NCBI GenBank assembly: GCA_014359885.1 | Contig: JACIYN010000070.1 | Coordinates: 5,856-69,855, forward strand | Length of the DNA stretch: 64,000 nt | Direction: 5' to 3' | From: Desulfacinum sp. | Lineage (GTDB): Bacteria > Desulfobacterota > Syntrophobacteria > Syntrophobacterales > DSM-9756 | In this document: one piece after another, positions 27,042-36,700 of the stretch | Layout of the letters: each line of letters begins with the position of its first letter | How positions within the stretch are numbered: position 1 is the stretch's first letter | Position numbers and translations under genes: made by a program | Notes under the pieces: model-generated | What the model saw: only the letters and a program-made list of their open reading frames with translations | What the model was told of the DNA's origin: nothing | Database searches by the model: none

Positions 27042-30000
27042 ATGACGGGACCGATGAGAACATGGATCGGGAGGCTGCTGGAAACCTGTTCGGGGGTCTT
27101 TTCCGACGGTGAGGGATGCACCGCATGGAGGCTGGTCCGGGACGAGTCGCCGCGGGGATTTTTCCTTTTCACCCCTTCCGGGCGCTTCCGCCTGGTTCAC
27201 CTGGAACCTCTTTCGGCGGGCCTGTGGGCCGGGCTCCTGGGGGCCCGCTACGGCGAGGTCTTGCGCTCCGATGCCTCGGAAGCGGTCATTGGGCAGGTGG
27301 TGGAACGGCACGGGGACGACGGACGATTCCGGGTTCTTCTGGTTCGCGGGGGGGAGGGTGGAAGAGGATGGCTTCCCCTGGCCACCCTGCTGGAGGACGC
27401 CCAGGGTGATCACCACCTGCTGGAAACGGCCATGGAGGACTTCCACCGGTTGGGACCGATCCTCTTGGGGGGATTCCAGATCCTCGCGGCGCGGCCCGTG
27501 GATTTTGCCCGCTTCGACGCGCACGGGGACTTCCTGGTTCCAGGCGGGCACAACATCGTGGAACGGCACAGCACGGAAAAGAGGCCCCGCCACCTTTCCC
27601 GCTGCGTGCACTTCGATGCGGAACGGTGTACCCACTGTTTGCAATGCGCCACCCTGTGCAGTGAGATGAAGGTCCACGTGGGACCCGAGGGCCCGCGGCT
27701 GCTGGGACCGTCCGAAGACTACTGCACCGATTGCGGGCTCTGTCGCATGCGTTGCCCCTACCTGGTTTCCGTTCCCAAGGAGACGGAAGGTCGGCCGGCC
27801 TCCTTGCGTCGGCTCCTCCTGGAGCGGGGTTCGGGCATCCACCTCTACGGTGCGGGAGCCCAGCGGTTCAAGAACTGGCTCCATGGACTGGAACCGGGGC
27901 CTTCGGACGACGTACCCATCCGCTGCACCAGCGTCTTTTCCCGGACTTTGGATGGAGATCTCTTTCCGGTCCTTCGCCAGACACACCTCCAAATCGTTCA
28001 TGGAGAGGCCCCGTCGGATCCCGTGGTCGCCCGGGGGATGCTGGCGACCGAGCTGGGCGATGGCGAAAGGGCTCGTCTAATCGTCCGAACCCGGGCGGTG
28101 GCCGGAATCCTGTGCGCTGGCGAGTCCGGCCGGGTGGAGCGCGATCTTGTGCAAACGGCCATGAGCCTGGGACTGCAGGTGCGGGCGGCGGCATCGCCCC
28201 TCGTCCTGGAAGGGGGCGGAGAGGACGGGCGGGACACCCCCCCTGGGGAGAAGCGGCTGCATCTTCCTTCCAACGACGTGGTGCATCGCCTGATCCGGGC
28301 GGGTCTCTGGGACGATCGCCCCATGGAACGGCTTTGGGAATCGGGTGAGGTGGACGTGATCCTGGCGCCTTCCTACGACCACGTCCCAGCCGAACTGACC
28401 GGGGCCGTCGTCCGGGAGACGGGCCGGGACGCCCTCGTCATGGCTCCCCACCTGCCGCAGCGGCTTCCCGTAACCCACAGTCCCTTGCTGAACGCGCTCT
28501 CCAAAGGCCTCCGGGAGATCTTTCCCAAGCACCCGGAACTTCTGGAAGCGGAAACCCGCTGGGCCCGGCGCCTCCTTTCCGACGTGCGGCGCCATTCGGC
28601 CCTCATCCATGCCCGATACCGGCCGCTCGCCTTCGCGGGGGGGCATTCGGCGTGTCCCTCCTGCGCCGAGGCGCAGGTGCTGGCCATCCCCGTCACCATG
28701 GCCCTGGCCATGAGCCTGGCCCGGGGTGAGGTGCCCCAGGTGGCCTTCACGTGCGAAACCGGCTGTATGAGCGAGACCCTCAACAAGATGAACGAAGTGG
28801 CCCAGAAGGTCCCGGGGGGCCGAACCGTTTTCGGCGGCGGGTTCGCCTTCGGCGAAGCCATGGTCTCGGTGTGGGACCGGGCGGTGCGCATGGGACTTTT
28901 GCGAAAGGGCAGGCGTTACGTGGTGAGCCAAGGCGGGGACGGCGGCGCGGTCATCGGCCTGCCCGCGTGGCTCAACGCCCTGCGCCAGCAGGCGCGCCTC
29001 ATCCGCAGCCGCCATGCCAACAGCCTCCACTTCATCACCATCACGGACACCCAGGTCTATTCCAACACGGGCGGCGAAAGTTCGGCCACGTCCATGCTGG
29101 GCATGGGGACGCTTACCACGCCCATCGGGAAGTTTCTTCTGGGAAACCAGCGCATCCAGTGGAATCTCATCAACCTGGCCGCCGAATTCCCCGGCGTGCT
29201 GGTGGGCATGGGCCACAGCGCCGGCCGGACGGCCAACCAGGAATTCTGGCACACGGCGGACCGTCTGGGCCTATCGGCCATCCGCTGGGACGTGACGCCC
29301 TGCCCGGAGACGGGAAAGTTCTTCGGGGAAGATCCCGACGACCTGGCCCGGGTCATGGCCCAGGCGGGCATGATGCCGGAGGTGGTCTTCTACGGCCGGT
29401 ACCGCAAGCGGGTGGCGCCGCTCCATCCCGACGACGAGGACAAACCCTACGAGCAGTGGCGGCGCACTCCCCGGCCGATCCTGGACTGGATCTCCCGGGA
29501 TCCGCGCTACAAGGCGCTGCTGAGGAAAAACCCGCTGACCGGGGAACCCGAACCTCGGAACATCACGGCCCACTTCCTCATCCTTCAGTTGGAAACCTAC
29601 CGGGACCAGCTCAACTGGGAGATCGACCTGGAAACCCATCTGGTGCGGCAGGCCGAAGCCTGGGTGGACGCGTTCCTCAAGGATCTCCACAGGGAATGGG
29701 AATCCGCCCGTGCGGGTCCCGGAGGATTTCCTTACGGATTTCTTTTCAACGAGCGAGGGGAATGGAAACCGGAGTTCGGCGAAACATTGCGTCGCGACCT
29801 GGTGCTGCGCGTGCTGGGCTGGGACGAACTGCGCCGCTACGTGGAGGCGCGCGACGCGGCCTGGGATGATTCGGAGCGGCGCTGGCGGTCGGTTTCCCGG
29901 GCGCTGGAACAGCTGGAAAGCTACGAGCAGGAAGGGAAGGGAGATCTGGAGGGCGTCGAATTTCCGGAGGAGGACGCGGCGGCAGAGGCCCGGGAGGCGC

Positions 30001-33000
30001 TGGCGGCCCTTCGAGCGGCTTTTGAAAGGCTGCGGGAGGCGGCCCGGCGGGAGCTGGAAAAGGATCAGTTGGCCCTTGAGCTTTTCGGGGGCGCCCGAAA
30101 GGGATCCCTCCCGGACGTGGCCGAAGAAAGAAGGACCTTTCTGCGGCGTACCCTGGATCGTCTGTTGGAAGAGCGGGCGGTGGCCGTCTTCCACGAATTC
30201 CAGCAGCATCGGCTGTCCCAACGGCTGAAGAAGGATTTTCTGGAATCTGGGGGGACGGTGCGGGCCGCCCACCGCACCGTCACGTCTCCGGAGCGGGAGG
30301 TCCTGCGCCGGAAAGTGGCCGCCTTCGGTCCCTTTTCCATTGCGGTGGCGAGTCTGGCCGGTGACCGGGGGATCGCCATCAACCGCGTGTTTGCCCAGTT
30401 CCTCACGGCCAAGGGCGCCTGGGCGGGCATGGCGTGGCAATTCGGATCGTCCAAGCGGGGCACTCCCGTCCTTTCGGCCACCTTCGTGGACAGCCGCCCT
30501 CTGGAGCGCAAGGACGCCATGTTCACCTTCCCCTGCGCCGTCCTGGTGAACACCAATTTCGAGGAGATGAAACGGGACCCCGGCCTCTTTTTCGGCCAGC
30601 TGCGGTTTGCAGGAACGCTCATCTTCAACCATACGGCGCCTCCGGAAGAGTTGTGGCGGGAGCTGGTGGGGTTCTACCCGGAAGAGGTGCGGCAGGTGGT
30701 GACGACCCTGCGGGAAGAGGCGGTCCGGGACGGCGGATGGCCGCGGGACCGCCTGGAACGGGCGGTGCGGGAGGCCCTGGAGACCGTTTCCGGGGCCGTG
30801 GCCGAGGGGGATCCTTCCGGCCGGTCGTTTCTGGACACCTGTCTCGCCATGGTTTCCTGCCGGGTGCTCTGCGTGGACATGGACGGCATCCTGGAGCGGG
30901 TGTCGGGGCGCGGCGGCCTGGTGTCCAACCTGGTGGCCGTGGGACCCATCTTCAAGGTCCTGGAGGATGCGGGGCTTCCCGTGGACTGGGAAAAGGACCG
31001 AAAGCTGCTGATCCAGGGATTCCCGGGAGCGGTTCTCAAAAATCCCCGGCTCCTGGCCCACTACGAAGCGGCCATGGAAGAGGCCAGGCGCGAGTTCCGG
31101 GAATTTCCGTCGCCGGTGACCCACGGCCCTGCGTCCGGGAGCGTCCCGCAAGCGGACGGGGAAGGGGAACCCGACCGTTGCGAAGCGGATCCCGGCGATT
31201 CCCTCATGATCATGGGCGGCACCCTCGCGGGGATGGTCCTTTCCCAGATCGCTCTTCCCGAACACCCTCTCTTCTACGTGGGCTTTCCCATCACGCCGGC
31301 CGGAAATCCCTTCTACGCCATGGCCGAAGCCTTCGCCAACGGCCACCCCTACATCGTGGTGGACGAAAACAATCCGTCGGAAAAGGTGGCGGCGGAAAAG
31401 CTCTTGGGCGTGGCCCGAACAGGGTGTTTCCTGCCGGTCACCTTCACCGCCTCCCAGGGTTGGCGCCTCTTTACCGAGATCATCCCCCAGTTCGTAGGCG
31501 CCCGCCTGGAAGGAATCTTCGTGCTGACCAAGCGGGCCCTGGCGGCTCCCAATCTGAACATCGAAGAAAGCCACACGGATTTCATGAGCTTCCGGGACGA
31601 CGGCGGAATCATGCTGGCCCCCAAGAGCGTGCAGGAATACGTGCCGAGCCTGTATCTGGCCCGGCTGTTGACCCATTTCGCCAAGCTCCCCGTGATTCTC
31701 TCCATCGGCGGGATCACGGACACCCACAAGATCGGCCTGGTGCGGGTGCCTTCGGACGTGCAGGTGCGTCGGTGGCTTCGGGATACCCTGCGGGGCTTCG
31801 ACTTTTTGGAGCACCGGATCGTCGACAGCCGGGGAGGACGCGTGGTGCACGGCCCCAGCTGCACGGCGGCCACCTATCAGGAGACCCAGTCCGAGCTGGA
31901 AAAGGCCCATGCGGCCGTCCGCCATGTGTGGCCCCATGCCGTGAGGGCCGTGCAGGAGCTGACCGGTGTGCGGCTGGACCCCCTGGAGGTGCGGCTGGCC
32001 GGAGATTCGCGGCGGGAAGCGTCCCTTTCGGACGGGCCGGTGGAAACGCTCTTCTTCCTTCAGGGGTCCCTCGTCCCCAACGCCGTGGAAGCTCTCCAGC
32101 AGCTGGAAGAGGAGGGCTGGCGCGGGATGGGCTGCGTGTCGGTCCGGCTCATGAACCCCTTTCCGGAAATGGAGATCCAGGCCCTGGCGTCCCGGGCGGC
32201 GCGGGTGGTGGTGCTGGATCGGTCCAACAGCTTCGGGTCCGTCCCGCCCCTGGCTTCCCGAATCTTCAATGCCGTGGCCCGAATGGAAAACGGATCTTCC
32301 AGGAGACCGCTTCTCCGGTCCCTGGTGGGAGGCCTGGGGGGGCGGGAGATCACCGTGGAGGAGATGCGAGCCATTTTCCTGTCCTCCCATTTGCTCCTGA
32401 GCCGCCCGGAACCGTGGGAAGCTGAACTGTTGGACCAATGGACGGAGTCGGACTCCGTGCTTCGGGACACGGTGGAGGAACTGACCGCCCTGGAGCTTCG
32501 AAACATCCGGAGACACACCCGCATCCCCGGGGGGGTGCGGCGAAAGCACGCTTCCGTCCCGGAAGCCGGGCCAATACGCCGAGAGCTCCTGGAAAAGATC
32601 CGGGCCAAGGACACCGTGGGGCTCCTGGCCAATTACGGCCAGGTGGAATTCGTCGCGCCCAGGGAGGTGCTGGGCGAGACGGAGCTTCGGCGGGAGCTGG
32701 TGCTTTATCTGGAGCGGCGCCTGGCTCTGGAGGCGTCGCGACGGGGGATGAAGGACTGGCGCCGGGCGCTGCTTCTGGCGCACTACGGGACACCGGAAGA
32801 CCGTGAGGCGGCCGGTCGCTTGGCGCCGAAGGCCGGGGCGCCCCCCTGTTCGCCGGGCCTGCTCAGCCGCCTGGGCCTGGCGGAGTTCGCCGCGGACCTT
32901 CCGGAACCGCATTTCGCCGGCGAGGCCCTTCGACCGGGGCTGGAAGGAGATCCCGACTCGGCCCGTACTGCCTCTTCCCTGGATGTGTGCGCCCTTCCTT

Positions 33001-33563
33001 CCGAGGGCCGAGGGGAGGGCGGTCAAGGCGCGGACGTCCATTTCGACGAGAACGAGGCGGCCCGCATTGAAGATCTGATCCGGAACCTGGTGCGGGAAGG
33101 GGAGGAGCGGCCGCTCCTCTTCAACCCGGAAGACTACGACCGGGCGATCGTGGAAGCCCTGGAAAAGGATGCCTCCTCTCTCCTTTCCCAGTTGCTCCGG
33201 AAGGTGGAAGGGGATTCGGAAGCTTCCGGCGGCCGGCCGGTGTTCGAGCGCGATGAGGTCGTGCAGTCCTACCTCTGGACCTACCGGGACGTGATCGATC
33301 GCACGGTTCAGCGGGAAGTGCTCAGCCGAACGTATGCTCCGGAGCTGGTCCAGGTCTTCGAAGGAGAGGGACTGGAACGGTTGAAGGTCCTGGTCGATGA
33401 GCTGAACAAGACGGAAGGGGTGGTGGATCCTCGCGAAGCGGTGGAAGCTTTTCTGCGGGAACGCCTATTCCCCCGGTTGCCGAAAACGCCGGAGTTTTAC
33501 CTGGAATACTTCCGGACCTGGGTCTGGCCCGCCCTTGCGAAAACCGATGGACCTCTCGGGTAG
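27042..33563 (+). CDS. Giant (2173 aa) single-chain 2-oxoacid:ferredoxin oxidoreductase-like protein, order ferredoxin-beta-gamma-alpha
   Basis: CTHCLQCATLC/CTDCGLCRMRCP; GHSACPSC, ETGC, GGDGG, DTQVYSNTGG, TPCP; QFGSSKRG; GFPITP, PSEK, TASQG, KRALAAP, VLDRS, GGLGGRE. Confidence 0.85.
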   Translation: MTGPMRTWIGRLLETCSGVFSDGEGCTAWRLVRDESPRGFFLFTPSGRFRLVHLEPLSAGLWAGLLGARYGEVLRSDASEAVIGQVVERHGDDGRFRVLLVRGGEGGRGWLPLATLLEDAQGDHHLLETAMEDFHRLGPILLGGFQILAARPVDFARFDAHGDFLVPGGHNIVERHSTEKRPRHLSRCVHFDAERCTHCLQCATLCSEMKVHVGPEGPRLLGPSEDYCTDCGLCRMRCPYLVSVPKETEGRPASLRRLLLERGSGIHLYGAGAQRFKNWLHGLEPGPSDDVPIRCTSVFSRTLDGDLFPVLRQTHLQIVHGEAPSDPVVARGMLATELGDGERARLIVRTRAVAGILCAGESGRVERDLVQTAMSLGLQVRAAASPLVLEGGGEDGRDTPPGEKRLHLPSNDVVHRLIRAGLWDDRPMERLWESGEVDVILAPSYDHVPAELTGAVVRETGRDALVMAPHLPQRLPVTHSPLLNALSKGLREIFPKHPELLEAETRWARRLLSDVRRHSALIHARYRPLAFAGGHSACPSCAEAQVLAIPVTMALAMSLARGEVPQVAFTCETGCMSETLNKMNEVAQKVPGGRTVFGGGFAFGEAMVSVWDRAVRMGLLRKGRRYVVSQGGDGGAVIGLPAWLNALRQQARLIRSRHANSLHFITITDTQVYSNTGGESSATSMLGMGTLTTPIGKFLLGNQRIQWNLINLAAEFPGVLVGMGHSAGRTANQEFWHTADRLGLSAIRWDVTPCPETGKFFGEDPDDLARVMAQAGMMPEVVFYGRYRKRVAPLHPDDEDKPYEQWRRTPRPILDWISRDPRYKALLRKNPLTGEPEPRNITAHFLILQLETYRDQLNWEIDLETHLVRQAEAWVDAFLKDLHREWESARAGPGGFPYGFLFNERGEWKPEFGETLRRDLVLRVLGWDELRRYVEARDAAWDDSERRWRSVSRALEQLESYEQEGKGDLEGVEFPEEDAAAEAREALAALRAAFERLREAARRELEKDQLALELFGGARKGSLPDVAEERRTFLRRTLDRLLEERAVAVFHEFQQHRLSQRLKKDFLESGGTVRAAHRTVTSPEREVLRRKVAAFGPFSIAVASLAGDRGIAINRVFAQFLTAKGAWAGMAWQFGSSKRGTPVLSATFVDSRPLERKDAMFTFPCAVLVNTNFEEMKRDPGLFFGQLRFAGTLIFNHTAPPEELWRELVGFYPEEVRQVVTTLREEAVRDGGWPRDRLERAVREALETVSGAVAEGDPSGRSFLDTCLAMVSCRVLCVDMDGILERVSGRGGLVSNLVAVGPIFKVLEDAGLPVDWEKDRKLLIQGFPGAVLKNPRLLAHYEAAMEEARREFREFPSPVTHGPASGSVPQADGEGEPDRCEADPGDSLMIMGGTLAGMVLSQIALPEHPLFYVGFPITPAGNPFYAMAEAFANGHPYIVVDENNPSEKVAAEKLLGVARTGCFLPVTFTASQGWRLFTEIIPQFVGARLEGIFVLTKRALAAPNLNIEESHTDFMSFRDDGGIMLAPKSVQEYVPSLYLARLLTHFAKLPVILSIGGITDTHKIGLVRVPSDVQVRRWLRDTLRGFDFLEHRIVDSRGGRVVHGPSCTAATYQETQSELEKAHAAVRHVWPHAVRAVQELTGVRLDPLEVRLAGDSRREASLSDGPVETLFFLQGSLVPNAVEALQQLEEEGWRGMGCVSVRLMNPFPEMEIQALASRAARVVVLDRSNSFGSVPPLASRIFNAVARMENGSSRRPLLRSLVGGLGGREITVEEMRAIFLSSHLLLSRPEPWEAELLDQWTESDSVLRDTVEELTALELRNIRRHTRIPGGVRRKHASVPEAGPIRRELLEKIRAKDTVGLLANYGQVEFVAPREVLGETELRRELVLYLERRLALEASRRGMKDWRRALLLAHYGTPEDREAAGRLAPKAGAPPCSPGLLSRLGLAEFAADLPEPHFAGEALRPGLEGDPDSARTASSLDVCALPSEGRGEGGQGADVHFDENEAARIEDLIRNLVREGEERPLLFNPEDYDRAIVEALEKDASSLLSQLLRKVEGDSEASGGRPVFERDEVVQSYLWTYRDVIDRTVQREVLSRTYAPELVQVFEGEGLERLKVLVDELNKTEGVVDPREAVEAFLRERLFPRLPKTPEFYLEYFRTWVWPALAKTDGPLG

Positions 33564-33713
33564 GGGCGGGGGGTATCCCCGCCCGTTGAGCGCGCGGGGA
33601 TAGAAAACCCCCATGAAGGAATCCCCCTGCTCATGTGAAAGAACAATGCTTTCGGTTCCCTGTGGGAGCGACCTCGGCCGCGGTCCGGATCGCCGGCAAG
33701 CCGGGTCCCACAG
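33560..33713. repeat. REP cluster: family B palindrome plus GTGGGAG-type REP doublet
   Basis: GTAGGGGCGGGGGTATCCCCGCCC; CTGTGGGAGCG...ATCGCCGGCAAGCCGGGTCCCACAG. Confidence 0.7.
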
Positions 33714-33770
33714 AAGAGATCCTCCAGTGCCCACATCTTTCGTCCATCTGTTTCACAAAAAGGGAATGCC

Positions 33771-36700
33771 ATGGATCGCTTGAATGCCCTGCAGAAGATC
33801 TTCCATGAGGTGGAATGTCGATTCCCGTGGGCATCTCCTCCGGCCCTCCCGGGGGAGGAGATCCACCGGGAGGTCCTGCCCGTCCGGCCTTCTTCCTTCG
33901 ACGATTTCCTGGAGGAAGAGGCTCGAAGCGCCCGAGCGGCCTTGAGACGCACGGCCTGGGAGGCGGCGGGGATCCTGGGCCGCCTTTTCGGGTCGTCCCA
34001 TGGGGAGGCGGCTCTGGTGCCGCGGGTGGAACAGACCCTCCGCGATCTCCTTCGGGTGGACGGTTTTGCCGGCACGGAAGCTGCGGGCGATCCCCGGAAG
34101 GCGTGCCTTCGGCTGTTTCGCCGCCTCTGGTCCGAAGGCGTTCCCAAGGGGGCTGAGACGGACCGGCGTTTTCCGGGCATGGCCCATGCCGCCCGCGTGG
34201 GGTTCTTTCAACGCGTTCCTCTGGACATCACCCCCTGGGTCCGGTGGATCCTTCAGGTGGAACACTACCATCGCACGGATCCGGATCGGCACGAAGAGAG
34301 GCTCGACCGGTACCGGTTCCTCCGCCAGGAAAGGCCCGACGCGCTGCTGGTGGAGGTGGAAGACGTTCTGGTGTGGACCGAGCAGGAACTCTTTCGGGGA
34401 GTCCCGGAGAAACTGGCCGACAGGGCGAGCCTCTGCGCCCGGGCTCTCGAGAATCGCCTGGTGCCGGCGCTTCGCTTCCCCGAACCGTTCCCGGCCCTGA
34501 TCTACCTGCTCATGCGCTGCCATCTGTTCTGTCTTGCCGAGGTGGTGAATCCAAGGGACGAAGAGCGCGCCAACGCCGTGGAAGCTTCCCGTGAACTCCA
34601 CTGCCTTACGGACCTTATGCTCGCGATCTACCGCCGCTGCCTGAACGCGGATCCCCTTCCCGATGCCGCCGTGGTGCTGGAGGAACTCGTGCAGGAGGGA
34701 TTCAACGTGGAGCACGAATCCTTCAAAGATCCGTATACGGCATCCCTGGTTCCACCGGAGGAGACCCCGCGCTTCGATGAGGCGGTGGTCCGAATCTTTG
34801 CGATCCCTGATTCGCTCACGGGAGATCTGAAAAAGGACGGTGAGGCCGCCTCGGCATGGTGGCTGGAGGTTCAAGGGCGGGTGTTGGGGGCTCTGCGCGA
34901 GGAAGTGCGCGACCTGCGCAGCGCCCTGGAACACCCTCTTCCCCGCAAAGACCTCCTGCGCCGGTGCGTGCGGTTCCTGGTCAGCTGGGCGCTGAGCGGC
35001 CACCTGCGGGAAGAGGTTCCTTCGATGCCCCGCCTGGCGGAAAGGGTGCGGGGGGCTCTGCCGGAGGAGTTGTTGCGCCGTCTTGTGCGCCAGAGACGCG
35101 GGTTCGAAGTCCCGACCCGAAAGGAACTCCAGGCCCTCGTGGAAAAGGAATGCTCCCGCCAGATCAACGTTTTGGAAAAGGCCCTTTCGGACGGTCGGCT
35201 GGAAGGGGAGGGCGACTTCCACGTGATGGTTCGGCTGGCGGCGCTTTCGGGCATGGCGTTTCCCGATGGGAAAACATGGGAAGTCGCCGCAACGGCCCGC
35301 CGGCTGGAGGATGTTTTGGAGCGGTTGGAGTCGGCCGTGAAGGCGGAGGATCTCCTTACAAGGAATTTCCGCTTCTTCTTGGAGACTCCCTTTCCCCCCG
35401 CGGGCACACCTTTCGAAATGCTGGAGGCCGTTCGGTGTGTGGTCCCCCGTGAGGCGATCCTGGTAGCCCTTCGAAGGGACGGGATTCCGGAGTCGGAGGC
35501 GGCCGCGGCCCATGACCATGTGTTGGGAGAATTCGCCGGGGCGTTTCACAAACTGGCCGTCGCCTCCCGGCGAAGCCCGCTTTCCCGGTTCCCCGCGGCG
35601 CTGGAAGAGCGGGACCTGAAAAGGATCCTGGCGGTTCTGGTGGCCCCGCTCCGCGAGCTTCAGGCGCCCGTGGAGGCATCGGCCCTGGAAAACTTCCGGT
35701 CCCGGGCGCCCCTCTTTCAGCGTCGCGACGACGGGCTTCTCCTCCTGAGCGAAGAAGAATGGGAAGCCGCCGTGGTCCACGGTGCCCTCATGAGCCTGGG
35801 CCCGGACATCCGCAAGGCACTGGAAACACAAAAGCCGGATCGGATCCGATCCTTTCTGGAGGAGCAGACGGAAGGGTGGGAGACGCTTCCGGACATTCCC
35901 TTGAGGAACCCGGTGAGCCGCCTGATCTTGAATTGGATCGACCCGGTCGGTGCCGGGGAACCGGATCCCGACGTGGTTCAGGATATGGTGGCGCGGCTGC
36001 CGGGCCTGGACTGCGGTTCGTGCGGTGAACCCAGGTGCCGCCAATTCGCTCTGGGACTCCTGGCAGGACGTTACCAGCCGGGAGGTTGCGTGCACCTGAC
36101 GGCACGGCAACGCGGGGATCTGCAGCAAAGGCTGCAGCAGTTCGCTGCCGATGCGGCCGGAGCCCGGGTTCCCCGAACCGTTTTCCAGCTCATGACGGAC
36201 CCCGGCCTGTGGCGGCGGATCTCCGACCGTCATCCGCTCAAGAGGGCCGTGCGAAATGCGTTGGACGTGAAACGGCAAAAAATCCGGCGACTCTTTTTTC
36301 AAAAATTGGAAGCGCTCTGGGAATCCCTGGACCGAAAGCCCGACATCTACCGGCGTCCGGATGCGGAAGCCTTCTACCGGGCTCTGGTGGAAACGGTGGG
36401 ATTCGATGCCGCCGAGAGGATCTCGGAGGAGGAGCGGCGCTGGCTGGCTCAGCACGGATCCAGGCGCCTGGAAGCGGAATGGGACCGGCTGGAACTCCGG
36501 CGCGACTGGCTGCAACTGAGCCGCCTGAAGGTGGCGAGCCGCCCGCGCCTGGAGGAGGCCGACCCGGCGACCTTGGCCGAAAGAGCCTACGGGAAGGTCT
36601 TCTACCTGAGCCAGCTGGATCGGGAGGATCGGCACCGGGTGCTTCTTCGGAGGCTGGAAACCCACGAAGACGGTTTTTCCCAGTGGTGGAATCAGGATCT

